Shown here: in pieces, positions 1-13,963 of the stretch
Position numbering within the stretch: the first letter of the stretch is position 1
How the letters are laid out: each line of letters begins with the position of its first letter
Origin: Octopus bimaculoides
Taxonomy: Eukaryota
Assembly (NCBI RefSeq): GCF_001194135.2
Contig: NC_068998.1
Span: 24,727,315-24,791,314, forward strand
Direction: 5' to 3'
Length of the DNA stretch: 64,000 nt
The notes under the pieces: generated by a model
Seen by the model: the letters and a program-made list of their open reading frames with translations, nothing else
What the model was told of the DNA's origin: nothing
Databases searched by the model: none
Position numbers and translations under genes: made by a program

Positions 1-115
1 AAAATAATTATTAAAATATTTTGTGTATTGTAAGCAATTTATTGCAGATAAATTTTACCAACAATATTTTATTTGAACCCCCAAAGGTCATATGGACCCC
101 AGTTTAGAAACACTG
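1..115. mobile_element. Terminus of a hAT-like non-autonomous DNA element (truncated by window start)
   Basis: Ends in GGACCCCAGTTTAGAAACACTG (reverse complement CAGTGTTTCTAAACTGGGGTCC), resembling the CAGTG(G/T)TTCTCAA-type termini of hAT MITEs. The other end is not in the window. Confidence 0.4.
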
Positions 116-3100
116 CTCTAGACAGTCTTTTATCATATTCAAACAATATGCTTCAGAAATAAGACCGGCATTCAATAAAGGTTTCATCATTTTTCAGTGT
201 AAGAGAATTGAATCCAGTATGCTACACCGTGTCTTCATCCTCAAGAAACAATCGGTCCTCTTGATGCCAATTATAGAAGAAACTTTTGGTAACTTTTGTA
301 GATTATCTCCGGCTTCTGACTGCTGAGAACAAAGTCTTCCAATCTTCAAGATTTCAAGATTGATTTTTATATGATAAACAACCTTGTGAACGTCGTCAGT
401 GAAACTAACAATATTACTTTTTACAGCAGTACAGATTTTGACCATGTCAGTCTTCCCTCGCAATTTTCTTCTCCTAATATGAGCGTCTATCTTCCACTCA
501 ATTTTAAAAATCCGTTCTTTCTTCATTCTTGCTTGGGCCAACGAAATGAAAACAGAGATAACTATTTTCTCACTTTTCGAAAACTAACCACTAAATATTC
601 CACTTAAGCTCAATCTGTAGAAATGTATATTGAATTTACACGGCCTTAGATGAATTTATCAACGTTAGCTCTATTAAGAGATCATCATGTTTATTGGGGA
701 AACCAGTTTTAAACTCAATCGAGGCTCTTTATGAGCCTATGCACGAATACATAAAATGGATAGTATATGCTATTTCAAACATTCAGTAAATTTCAACAAC
801 TAATTTTTACTGAGCGTGGCAAGGGAAAATTTCTGAAGACATTTCATGTAAAATTAAAATCGCTTATGTGATTTTAAATTTACTTTCTGTATTATTGACA
901 TTCATGTTGATATTCACACCTTTTACAAAGAGTTAAAATTGAAACATTTCTGGGCATTGTAAATTTATACTCTTTCTAAATTGTAGGAAATACTTAGAAC
1001 TTAATAGAATCTGCGTGATAATATTAGATTACCTAGAATATTAGCGACACATCATAAGAATAAAAATGATTGCTGACTTGTAACTTAAGGCATTTAAAAA
1101 ATTCATTTAACTGTTTATGTTGCTTAAAACACAAACAAAAACCAGAAATTACATTCTATAAGAGAATCGTTTTGACCGCCTAATAAAGACGACCTCATGA
1201 AGTTCCTGTTCCAAATGTAGAAATTGCTACGAGTTTATCAGATACCGTCAAAAACTGCTGTTGTAAACTCGAAAATATATACAATGAACAAAAATAGTTC
1301 GTGAGAAATCAGATTAAACAACCCTGCTGTAATAAACATTTGTGATGAAATTTTCCACGAACGTATTTCGATGAGTTAAACAAAGTTATAAGAGAAAATT
1401 AAATAATAGAATTACGCTGAAACTTCCGACCTTAGCCTCAAACAACAAAATATTTATATTTCAAAGCTAAATGACAAAAGTGTGATCCTAAAGCTTTTAA
1501 TATCCTAAATGTATATGTGTTTTCTAAATTCAAATAACTTATAAGAAGCGTTTCTTAACACTCTAATATTATGGTAGTAGTTTAGATGCAAAGTATTAAA
1601 CTACAGAATCCGATCAATACGTCCCTATGAAAATTCCACTTCTTCAACCTAAAACTTCAGTTTTTATAATGGTTTCTTTCAAACATATTAATATTAAAAA
1701 GAAGTCTTTTTAACCTTTGAATGTACACATTTTAGTTAAATTCAACTAGTTATTGCGCGCACATAAACATCTCTCATTAATCAAACAACAAAAGCAGAGA
1801 AAAGCTTGATGAATATAAAATTTCAATAAGAAATTGAAATTTCTGAATAGAAAACGTGCATTTGCGCAATATTGAAAAAATTGTTCTGTAAAATATGAAT
1901 TGTATAACATGTACTAAATTCTAGAGTTGATCATAGAAATGACTTCACAAGATTTAATTTCTTGAAGCGCAATTCAAACTCGGCTTAACAATAAAATCTT
2001 TCAAATTAATGCCGATAACAAAAGATGTTAACTTCTAAGATTAGTGGCGCTTAAATTGAACTGAACACTCATCAAAGTGTTAAGTTTGATATTTTATGTT
2101 CAGATAACCTGAAATATTCGAAATAAAAAAAATAATAATTGTAATGATTGGATGATAACACTTTCTGTTAACAGCATTGCATGAAAATATTCTAAGAATT
2201 TCAAAGGAACAAAAAATGAAATTAAAGAATAGAAATTTTTGCGGAATTATTACAGTAGTTGTGGTAAACTTGATCGTTGGAATGAAATTGCAGGAACCAT
2301 TGAGAAAAAGTTTTGCGATGGGCGCTGTAAAGTAAATCATCCCTAGTACTTCATTGTTATTATTTTATCGACCTCAGCAAAGGATTAGAAGTCAGAACAT
2401 AAAATAACAACCAATTGGGATCATAACAGATATTTTTTAGTGCTCTACAATTCCTACGTTCCATTGACTTAACCAGATCATAAAATTAAGACAAAAGCAG
2501 ATTCAAACACTGTTTGTCTTAAAACTAAAGACGAGTTGTTTCACTATTTCTATAACTAAAAGTATGCATTGATCTCATATACAAAAACATCTCATAAACA
2601 TGTCACATATGTTGAATCAACGAAGTTATGAATATAGTCCGCTGTGAAATTTAAGGATTAAAAACACTGAAGCAAATCCCAAATTTGTAGGGGGCGGATG
2701 AATTTCCCGCTTAATTTTCAGCACATGACTCATTATGTTAGTAACTAATGAATAGTAGTAACCAACTCAATTAACTTAGAAGTTAAATGATTTGCTTAAA
2801 CTGTGAATGACATTCGACCTAGCTCATTATCTTTTTTCTATCATTGCCGATTCATTATCATATAGTCTAAACTCCACCAATTGACAAGGTCGATGCAGTT
2901 GATGGTTAATTTAATCACTGAAGTTTCAGACACACACATATAGATATGGAACCTTGAGCGAAGGAAGTGCCAGATATGTTGATTTTAAGATGGAGCAATA
3001 ATTGGACTGCATGTACGAAATATGTCCCACGGAGTTTGAAAAGAAAATAATTATATGCAGAGAAAATAATTATACAGGGAAAAGTACGAAGTTTACTAGT

Positions 3101-3451
3101 TTACAAGTACACAAACCGTTGAATATTAGAGGGAAAATGCAGTACACAGTGCGAATACGGACTTTTGAGACTATAGTGTCAAGTTTTGCCAGTTTTGTGG
3201 ATTGCCTCTGATGGATACAATTTATATGTTATCGGTGACTCTGTCTCAGATGTAGTATATACTTTCACAATAATATCAGGTACACTTGTTTATTATATAC
3301 GGCCAGTCATTTTGTACGTACTTTGCAACTGACACCACCTTGGTTGTGATCGACAAATTTTGTGATCCTCAGTTTGTCTGAAGCCTTACTGAGTGCTACT
3401 ATGCAATGCACAATCGGGACACTAGAATATCGTATTGATTGTCTACTTCTA

Positions 3452-3701
3452 CAGTAACCCCTCGACTATCGTGGGTGTTATGTTCCAAAACCCCACGCGA
3501 TTGGTGAAAATCTGCGAAGTAGAAACGGTACTGTACTGAATATTTTTTGATTATTTTTATAATTTGTATATATTTATTTTATTATAAATTTAAAACAACA
3601 CCACGGAGGAATCAACGTAAGCTTAAATAATAAACCGTAATAGGTGAACCACGAGAGGTTAACCGTGATAGGTGAAACCGCGATATGGCGAGGGATTACT
3701 G
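3452..3701. mobile_element. Tc1/mariner-superfamily (pogo/Tigger-like) MITE, 250 bp
   Basis: TA|CAGTAACCCCTCGACTATCGTGG ... CCGCGATATGGCGAGGGATTACTG|TA: ~23 bp imperfect TIRs, TA target duplication on both sides, subterminal AACCG(T/C)(A/G)ATAGGTGAA repeats, no ORF. Confidence 0.8.
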
Positions 3702-4477
3702 TATACAATGATTCACAATTACACGGAAGAAGGACGTCTACCACAAAACGTATCTTCTCTAAATCGCGGATTTTAGATCTTCGAATAGTGCCGTTTTTGT
3801 GAGAATGCGAGTGATTTTAGAGAGGAATGCAGCATTGTTAATATGTTCTTTGTTACCCATGCAAACGTAATTGTCACTGTCAGCCCTGAATAACTTGGGA
3901 GAATCGTGTCCATGCACAGATGTTCTGAAATGCTTATTGCTCAAGTGAATCAATCTATGAGAGTATCATTGCCAGAATGATAAATAATTGGCGTAGACAC
4001 TCGAAAGGGTTTTAAACATGATTTTCTGCTGGCACTCGTGTGACATTAACATAATATTTTAATAAGACTGATTAAATAAAGGGTAACAGTGCAAGAACTC
4101 CAATGACACACTCAGTGTCTCCTCTAAAAATATAATGACATTAGTTCAGAGTAATTAGAAGATCTTGTTGCTGATAATCCATACTATTGCTTGAAGTTGC
4201 GCCCTCTACAATTTTCGTTCTTTACTTATAAATCCTAATCTTTACCTCTTTCAACGTTACATGTTTTCATGTATGAAAACATCCATCAATTTTCGGTAAG
4301 CTTTTCTAATGGCAGAACCATTGATTCGCAACCTAAACATATTGCAACAAACATGGAGGACATAAATGATGGGAATAAAATGAGAGTACTATAAAAGAAA
4401 AAAAAAGAAAAGAAAATACAGCGCAAAGATGACACTGATACAGGTTAACTTTTAGGTGGATGGTAAGCTTAGGAATG

Positions 4478-4696
4478 TGTTATGTCTCAAAGCTACCAGT
4501 GGCTGTGTGAGCATCTCATCCTCGTCGCCACTGTTATGTCTCAAGCTACTGCTATCTAGCACCTTCGGATGATCTCTATTCATCCGCTACACAACTGCTA
4601 CTCGACTGCTACTCAACACACCTACCACGGCCAGACTATCTCTATTTATATGTCTTGGGAGGTCCTACTTCTTCACCTGGGGGCGTCGACACAACA
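4478..4696 (-). mobile_element. Probable solo LTR
   Basis: Bounded by TGTT...AACA, flanked by GAATG / GGATG (5-bp TSD with one mismatch). The minus strand has a TATAAATA box. There is an internal duplication of TGTTATGTCTCAA(A)GCTA at 4478 and 4532. Confidence 0.45.
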
Positions 4697-4908
4697 GGAT
4701 GTTTGAAAGGTATTGAAAACAGCTATACACATATTTTAATACAGACAATATAAACGTTGATTATAAAAATATAAAAGTATAAAAAGCTCATGAAATTTCA
4801 GCTCGGGTGAAAGAAATAACCCAATAGACTTACGGAAACTTAAATACTGCCGCAACAAACCTGCCGTTAGGTCAATGCATATATTTCGATGGGCAGAATA
4901 ACATATAC

Positions 4909-5375
4909 GCACAGGCGTGGCTGTGTGGTAAGAATAGGCGCTGGAGTGACTGTGTGGTAAGAGGTTTGCTCCCCAAACATGGTTCCGGGTTCAGTCCCAC
5001 TGCGTGACAACTTCGGCAAGTGTCTTCTATTATAACCTCGGGCCGACCAAATCCTTGTTAAGGGATTTCGTAGACGGAAACTCAAAGAAGCCCGTCACAT
5101 ATATATGGTGTGTATGTGTGTGTGTGTGTGTGTGTGTGCGTGCGTGTGTCTTTTTGTCTGTGTTTTTCCCCTACCACTGCTTGACAGCCGGTGTATGTGG
5201 GTTTCAGTATGCGTAACTTAGCTTTTCGTCAAGAGACATCGATGGGATAAGTACCGGGCGTTAAGAAATGTACTTGGTTTGAGTCATTCGATTAAAAGGT
5301 CTTCAAGACTGTGCCCCAGCATTGCCACAATCTAATGACTGAAACAACTAAAAGATATACAAATAAAAGATTAAA
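4909..5375 (+). mobile_element. tRNA-derived SINE, family A (octopus OR/OK-type), with duplicated head
   Basis: GTGGCTGTGTGGTAAG head, GGTTCCGGGTTCAGTCCC B-box region, central (GT)n, tail ...GCCACAATCTAATGACTGAAACAACTAAAAGA. Homologous to copies at 6552, 13825, 39215 and 63840. Confidence 0.85.
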
Positions 5376-6327
5376 GATAGACACATACATAGAGACACAT
5401 CTTAATTGGGCTATTTATTCCAGTCTTAAAAATCTTTCTTCTCACCAACTGGGAGGTCGTGCATGTGTATATCTGTTTTCAATACATCCGCAAGCTTAGT
5501 ATCCACATAAAAGCTCCACCACAAACAACACCCTGCGTTTGCATGGTTTCCGTTTCTTTTTCTCACTCCTTTTCGATAAATTTTGTTCTCTCTCTCTCGC
5601 TCTCTCTTTTCCGCTACTCTGTCACTTCCTCTCCATTCTTTAGACTATGTCCCTATCTTTTTTCACTTTTTTTTGTTAATTTTTTTCTGATTATTTATTA
5701 TTGTCTTTTTCTCTCTATATATACTTCCCTTTCAACATACTAATAAGATATATTATTTTCTCTCTAACTTCAAACATTTAATGTGTGTAAAATGCGACAA
5801 AATGCACACTGCTGATCTTTCGTGGTTCAGCACTGAATTGCACCTAGGCACATGCAATGCATAGCTTGCAAATAAGCACAATGGTGAAACGTGCGTAGGG
5901 AATAAATGATATAAACAACTTAACTTGTTTGCAGTAGTTTTTCTATTACACACACACACACAAACACACACACATTCACAACACAAACACATCCAGACAC
6001 GCAAATACCCACACTCGCATTCACACATACACACATGACACTTCCATGAAGCAAGCTTACATTTAAAATTTGCACTCAAAATCAATCTACCCTTCTACCA
6101 ATCTATTGATATATTTCTCTCTATATAATACACATACACATGTAAGTGCGAATGTGTATGCTAAAATGTATGTAAAGAGAAAGAGTAGGGGAAAGAAATA
6201 TATCAATAAATAAGCAGAAGGGTAGATAAGTAGTTTGACAGATGTACAGATCGACTTCGAGAGTGCACATTTAAAATACAAGCTTGCTTCATGGACGTGA
6301 GATAAATAATTACTGAAGGAAAGCAAC

Positions 6328-6365
6328 TACTTACCTGATAGTAGGTAGCATGATTTACTAAGTTG
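6328..6365 (+). pseudogene. Possible 5'-fragment relic of U1 snRNA (alternatively a minus-strand splice donor)
   Basis: TACTTACCTGATAGTAGGTAGCATGATTTACTAAGTTG aligns by eye to the U1 5' end (TACTTACCTGGCAGGGGAGATACCATGATCACGAAGGTG) at roughly 70%. Similarity stops after ~40 nt. Confidence 0.3.
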
Positions 6366-6551
6366 AGCATACAATAGTGAAGAAGAATGAGCGAAAATAC
6401 AAAACTAAAATGAAATATTTAACGCAGTTTGCCTCGCTTCAATGTATTTGCGAATATTTAGTTCTCAGCCACTTTCTGACTAAATAGAGTTCATCGTTTA
6501 ACTAACAAAATAGAAAAAGAAAAATTATAATAGAAGGTTGTTTCTCAATAA

Positions 6552-6687
6552 CATGGTTCAGGGATCAGTCTCACGGTGTGGCACACGGGGCAAGTATCTT
6601 CTGCTATAACCTCGGGCCGACCAAAGCCGTGTGAGTGGATTTGGTAGGCGGAAACTGAAAGAAGCCCGTCATATACATGTGTGTGTG

Positions 6688-6768
<81 letters not shown>

Positions 6769-6886
6769 CCACCGCTTGACAACCGATAGAATCTTTAAAA
6801 ACCCATAAGTATTTGGTGTTGGTTCATTTGACTTAAAATTCTTTAAAAGTTGTACTATGGCATGGCCGCTGTCAAATGAATGAAAC
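6552..6886 (+). mobile_element. SINE family A, 5'-truncated
   Basis: CATGGTTCAGGGATCAGTCTCAC...GGGCCGACCAAAGCC...GGAAACTGAAAGAAGCCCGTC-(GT)n-CGCTTGACAACCGA...CATGGCCGCTGTCAAATGA. Confidence 0.85.
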
Positions 6887-7310
6887 CTTTTGTAAAGAAA
6901 AATACATTCTGATGTTCTGATGTTCTGTAGAGAGACTGTAATGAGACGGGACACATGAATACATAATAAGCTATATTCTGAATATTGGAAGTACAAGTTA
7001 AGTTCATCATAGGCAAATATTTTATCAATAAGAAAGTGTAAAACGAATCAACAGCTCGTTTGTACTATGAATAATGTTTATACGAATTAAACAAACGAGA
7101 ACAGACTCTACATAGAGCACACAAAATCATGAAATATTTTACCCAAAACTCTCACACGTCGTCTTATTATATTATATTAACTTTACACATTATTGGAGAG
7201 TTTATCCATATATATTGCGGAAATTTCTCTCAATATATTTGATAACACTAGTTGATATCCGGATTTTTTTAAAGTCTCTCGAGGATATTATATCCACAAT
7301 ATTTGAATAC

Positions 7311-7380
<70 letters not shown>
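7311..7380. repeat. (CA)n microsatellite directly abutting a SINE head
   Basis: Near-perfect CA run. Confidence 0.95.
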
Positions 7381-7382
<2 letters not shown>

Positions 7383-7555
7383 TGGTGAGCTGGCATAATC
7401 GTTAGCGCAACGCACGAAATGCTTACCGTTACTTCAGCTCCGTTCTGAGTTCAAATTCCGCCGAGGTCGACCTTGTATTTCATCCGCTAGAATTAATGCC
7501 TGTAGTTTAAGGGTAACAACTGGGAACTGACGCGGCCAGCTGGTGCGAAAATTTC
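7381..7555 (+). mobile_element. tRNA-derived SINE, family B
   Basis: GGTGGTGAGCTGGCATAATCGTTAGC...GAAATGCTTA...TTCTGAGTTCAAATTCCGCCGAGGTCGAC. Homologous to copies at 41368, 54310, 58865 and 63520. Confidence 0.8.
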
Positions 7556-10153
7556 CATGCAAATGTAAGAAGGGTAGCGTCACCTCCCACCCAAAAGATC
7601 TTGCTTATGTAGCATTAGTTTTCGCGGAGAAAATCGAGTCGGATATTTTTGAATGCACCTCGTATACGCGTGGTGGATTACGTACAAAACATTGTACGTG
7701 TTTCCGTGCATACATACTCTTTCACATATATTTAATGTGCCACATATATAGTGTAAATAACTATCTGATTATTTAATTGCAGTGATTCGGCATGATTTTA
7801 TGAACATAATATTTGCATCGTTTGGAGTTTATATTCTAAAAAAGCAATATTTTAATGCTCTGCTTTTTAAGAAACTCTGAAAAATATATGCTCCAGGTTT
7901 TATGATTTTAATCCTTTATCTAACCTTTTGGTAAATAGCTTTAGATAAAATTTTATTTGGTTTTGATATTATTTCAACTTCGCTGATGCATCAATTTCAT
8001 TTTATTTGATAAATATCTAAAAGACGTATAATAGATAAAAATAAATATTATTTTTCCATTTAAATATTGTTTCAAGTTTTCAAAAGCATAGCAAATTTTG
8101 TGAATGAAACATGGCAAAATTTAGTAAATTTTCTGTGCATATCAGTATTAAATGAAACACGTTCTTATTTCTAAATAGACTTAAATTTCATTTTAAAAAA
8201 AGAGTACACTTGATAAAGCACGACTCTAGAGAACTGGGTCATAGTTGTGTTGTTTGGAAAACATATAATAGTCTAAGCTACTGTTTGCTGGAAACTATTT
8301 CGGGAGAATAATTGATAATAAAATATTTCAAAAGCCTAAAATCACCGCCCCTGCCCCCACACACAGTCTGTTCATATCATATTTTAGCGTATTTGATGTA
8401 AAAACCTATGACGCTATTTGGTAATGTATATCCTATTTTATTTTGGAATAAAACAATGTAAATTCCTTCTAAGTTGAATCACGGCAAAGTAAATTCATGA
8501 GCTGTATTCAACCCAGGTAAAAAATGAACCATTAATGATAATGATTTATAGTGTATTGGATTTAGACTGTGTGACAATATATGGACCATTATTTTGTAAT
8601 GTGAAACTGCAATATTTCTGACGAAAAATTTAGTTTCAGCCCGTTTAAATTTTGAATTTTTTACCACAAGTATATCCGCATAAAAATTTCCTTACACTTA
8701 ACTGCGGAAAGCAGATTTATAAACGAATCTATTTTTTGTTGATGAAAGTTCGTGTCTGAAACTATTTTATGTGGAGACATGTAAAGTTCACAAAATACCA
8801 ATTCTTGTTTTCTGATAGACATTTAACATCATTATTGAAATAACAAAGAAATTTAATTTTGGTATTAATAGGTTAAACAAAAACACATTTATCTGATTTT
8901 GACAGAATCAATCAAATAATTAGTTTACTTTCTCTTAGAATTTGCTATAGATTGTACTACTGGTAGATATCAACATCAGCGAAGAAATCAGGACGACGAA
9001 AGTCGTCAGATTTATCGTATTGTGTCAGTTACTAATAACTTGTTTCGTTCGTTTATTTTTGAAATTTGCATTTCATCATTCCAGAGGTCATTCTAAGAGA
9101 AACCTTCAAAATACTGAGATCGGTTCACTCAACTATAACCGTTTCCGTGATTTTATGACCTTTTATCGTATAAAGTCAACGATTAGTTGATTTAAAGCAG
9201 TGAGCATGTAACCAGACATCGGATATTCTTTCGTTTTCTTCTGTACATCCAAAAACCGGATTGTGAAAGAATAGAATTTACATTGTTTGGCATCGATTAA
9301 TTGTGGTTGTCGAGTGATTGGATTGTGAGATTGTTAGAAAAAAAAGCAAAAGATTTTGCCGTATTTGTTCTCGCTGTTTCTGAACCGAAATCTCCGCCAT
9401 AGTAGTTTCCCGATCTCCTAGAAATAATCACCAAGTTACACTAACTCACACTTTATATTTTAAAATAAAGAGATACTATTCATTGTAATTGTAGATTTGA
9501 AATTGAATAAAAACAAAACAAAACTGAATGACCACTTCTGGAATGCTTCGATTATAGACCGCGTTACCTTAACCGCACATGAGCTAAGACTTAACAATCA
9601 TGACATGAATAAGCCATGCATCCACTTCCAAAGTATCAATCACAAAATGAAATAAGTCTGCGTCAGAGAGCAAATGGTAATCTCTTCAAAATTAAACAAC
9701 AGCAGAAAGCTTTCAAAAAGCATTTAACACCGTTTCGCTTCCTTTAAACTACTAATAGTTTCAAAATAGACACAAAATCAACACCTGCTATTCATCTACC
9801 TGTTAAAATGCTGGACCTTGGTGATTAGTCAAAAGAAATCAATATCAAATCAAAATAAAGAAAACAATATACTGTGAGATGGAATCTACCTATTTCTTAG
9901 TTAATTTGTGGTCCAATTATTTCTCAATTGCAATCCAAGAATTGGCAGCTCAATCTGATTACGTACAATTAGCTTACTTTTGCTAATTGCTTGCATCTGC
10001 AAAACTCTCATTTTCTCTGGACCTCTTTCTCTTGCTGTGTATATATATAATCAAACATGCATACATGCGCCCTCGCATATATAAATACATTTTATGTGTA
10101 TGCATACACAGTCGCGTAGCCACAGGATACGTATACACATGGATGTGTGTGTG

Positions 10154-10190
<37 letters not shown>

Positions 10191-10200
10191 NNNNNNNNNN

Positions 10201-10243
<43 letters not shown>

Positions 10244-10539
10244 TAACATGCACGCATGGACACACACACATATGTACATGTACATATAATCGATATTATA
10301 TGCGCTTATACACGAATATGCAGTCCAAATATATATACACGTATGCTGAATCATATTTATAATCATCCATTTAATCAGAGCGAGTATGATTAGCAGACTT
10401 AATGAAATGCTGCCTTCTTTGCTGTGCAATAAATAAACAGGTTTCGGAACAAGCGAGGTTGATCGAGGTGATACATGTTATCTAAATTAAGATCGACAGT
10501 CCTGCTACTGTACAATAAACCAGAACAGCCACGACGGCG

Positions 10540-11545
10540 ACTACCTCCACCAACAACGCCACCACGACCACCACTAAGGCTACCACCATCACCAATACAA
10601 TCACCAATACATCACCACCTACACCACTAGCACCATCACCATTACCACGAAACGATGATAAAGAATTATTTCGCTAACAATAGTGACACTAATACGAAAC
10701 CAAACAACAGCCACAACAATAACACCTAAAATAGGAACACAAGCAACAGCGAATACAACAGTAACATCAATGACAGCGAATCGGCATAAACCAACACAAT
10801 CCGAATAGCATTACTAGCTTTTATCATGAGCAGAAGCAATGGCAACTACAAGAAACATAAAGACAGGTCAGAACAACAACAACAACGAGTCTAGCGACTA
10901 CCACCGACAATAACAACAACAGCAACCATTATAATAATGTTAGCAATATTAAACAGCAACAAGAACAGCAGCAATCACAGCTATTACTACCAGCACTACC
11001 ACCACCACCGCTACCACCACCACCACCACCACTACCACCACCACCAGCACTACCACCACCAGCACTACTACCACCACCACCANNNNNNNNNNNNNNNNNN
11101 NNNNNNNNNNNNNNNNNNNNNNNNNNNNNNNNNNNNNNNNNNNNNNNNNNNNNNNNNNNNNNNNNNNNNNNNNNNNNNNNNNNNNNNNNNNNNNNNNNNN
11201 NNNNNNNNNNNNNNNNNNNNNNNNNNNNNNNNNNNNNNNNNNNNNNNNNNNNNNNNNNNNNNNNNNNNNNNNNNNNNNNNNNNNNNNNNNNNNNNNNNNN
11301 NNNNNNNNNNNNNNNNNNNNNNNNNNNNNNNNNNNNNNNNNNNNNNNNNNNNNNNNNNNNNNNNNNNNNNNNNNNNNNNNNNNNNNNNNNNNNNNNNNNN
11401 NNNNNNNNNNNNNNNNNNNNNNNNNNNNNNNNNNNNNNNNNNNNNNNNNNNNNNNNNNNNNNNACTACCACCACCAACACCACTACCACCACCACCACCA
11501 CCACCACCACCACCACCACCGACAACAACAACAACAACAACAATA
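10540..11545. repeat. (CAC/CAA/TAC)n trinucleotide low-complexity tract spanning a gap
   Basis: ACC/AAC-rich degenerate repeats. The poly-H/poly-V/poly-G ORFs here are artefacts. Confidence 0.9.
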
Positions 11546-12945
11546 TGAACATCCAAATTTGCAATACCACTATCAGCAAAAACTATATGAACTGATTAAA
11601 GATAGCAAACCGATTATTCTGAGTCATAGTTTTTAAAAGTCTACTTAGATTCTGTCTATTCCACAGGAAACTGATCGAGGAATTCTCCAATTAAATCTTA
11701 TCTTTGAAACATCGATCACATCTCATCTAAACGCAATTACTCGTCCTTGCCATTAGATTCGCTGTTCGATCGTAATTGCCTTTCTGTCTCTAACGATGTT
11801 TCATATTCTTGCTGCTTGGTCAGTTGCCAGATTATATTTACGTTTTTCTCCCATCTTTTCGTTGCTTCACCAACGATGATTGGAGCGGAACATTTCTGTC
11901 ATTTTATTAATTTCGCTTTCTTCATTCCGTATTATTTTCGGCAACCTAAATCGAATTTTTATTGGCCGTTTGTCCACCTCCGCCAGTCCCATTACACAGC
12001 CATGCATGCACAAACGTCCTTACACATACAAACACATATAAAGAAAAACGTACACAAACACATAAAAGACAGCGAGCATACAGCAGACAAAAATATGCAT
12101 ATGCAATTGGACACAATATGGCACAAATGATCTGCATGTATTTCTCAATATTGTCTTCCCGGAGGGAGAAATCTATATATTTAGAAACGTGTACAATTAT
12201 TTCACTCTCTCCGACACAGCCCATAATAAAAACATATCTCTAATATATACGGTGTGTTTGATAAAGCTGAATCTAAATATACATATACACACACACACAC
12301 ACACTCATATATATATNNNNNNNNNNNNNNNNNNNNNNNNNNNNNNNNNNNNNNNNNNNNNNNNNNNNNNNNNNNNNNNNNNNNNNNNNNNNNNNNNNNN
12401 NNNNNNNNNNNNNNNNNNNNNNNNNNNNNNNNNNNNNNNNNNNNNNNNNNNNNNNNNNNNNNNNNNNNNNNNNNNNNNNNNNNNNNNNNNNNNNNNNNNN
12501 NNNNNNNNNNNNNNNNNNNNNNNNNNNNNNNNNNNNNNNNNNNNNNNNNNNNNNNNNNNNNNNNNNNNNNNNNNNNNNNNNNNNNNNNNNNNNNNNNNNN
12601 NNNNNNNNNNNNNNNNNNNNNNNNNNNNNNNNNNNNNNNNNNNNNNNNNNNNNNNNNNNNNNNNNNNNNNNNNNNNNNNNNNNNNNNNNNNNNNNNNNNN
12701 NNNNNNNNNNNNNNNNNNNNNNNNNNNNNNNNNNNNNNNNNNNNNNNNNNNNNNNNNNNNNNNNNNNNNNNNNNNNNNNNNNNNNNNNNNNNNNNNNNNN
12801 NNNNNNNNNNNNNNNNNNNNNNNNNNNNNNNNNNNNNNNNNNNNNNNNNNNNNNNNNNNNNNNNNNNNNNNNNNNNNNNNNNNNNNNNNNNNNTATATAT
12901 AGATATATAGATAGATACATACATGCATACATATATACATACAGA

Positions 12946-12998
<53 letters not shown>

Positions 12999-13780
12999 GC
13001 ACGCACGTGTGAGTGTGCAAATATATGAAAGAACAGATAAATGTAATTATACGCTTCTGTACTCGCATATGTATTATGTAAGTTTATGTATGTGTGTGTG
13101 CGTGCGCGTGCGCGCGGAAAGTGCGTGTGTATGAATTTATGCATGCACGAATGTAGACGTTATTGATCGATGCCGATTTACTATGTTCTATAACCAAACT
13201 TTATAATCCCTTTCAATTTAATGTAACGCGCTTTCATCTAGTGATGACGTCACATTCCATCTCCGTTAAACAAAGGCTCGACTTTCTAAACGCGAACTAA
13301 TCTCTATGGCGAAAGAGACAAATAGAGAATCGACGAAGCGCTTCTGATTCTATCTTTACTACAACTTGTGCGTACGAGGAAATACAGCCGAAGTGGGTGG
13401 ATTTGAATGTCGCAGATGTCTTTACCAATAAGTCTTAAATCCATGCGTATGATCTTTTAGGATTATAAATTGGAAGTGCAGAAATAGCCCGACACTAGGC
13501 TGGTCTGCTAGTCCCATCGCTAGAAAATGTTAGATGTTCACTCCCTTGCTTGAAATATATAGGATGCAGGTTGCATCGTTAACCAGCATCATCTTGGGTT
13601 AAAAAATCGCAGTAACATCCGTTTGAAGGGAACAACAATGTTGAAGTGGCAACAAACATTTCTTGCCGGTACAGTTACTGCGTCATCTCTGACAGAGATT
13701 TTATAACTAGCTTCTTCATTTACACACATACACATATACAAACACATACACATATACAAACACACACACAAGTACACACT

Positions 13781-13823
<43 letters not shown>

Positions 13824-13824
13824 C

Positions 13825-13963
13825 CAGGTGTGGCTGCGTGGAAAGTAGTTTGCTTCCCGACCATACGGATCCAGGTGCAGTTCCACTGCGTTGTACGTTG
13901 GGCGAGTGTCTTCTTCTATAGCCTGGACCAACGAAAGTTTTGGGAGTGTATTTGGTAGACGGA
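13825..13963 (+). mobile_element. SINE family A, 5' half (runs into (TA)n and a gap)
   Basis: CAGGTGTGGCTGCGTGGAAAG...CAGTTCCACTGCG...TTTGGTAGACGGAA, located right after a (CA)n run. Confidence 0.8.

Noticed and set aside
194-541. 115-codon minus-strand ORF
   Set aside because: No recognisable domain, non-ATG start, and no usable splice context.
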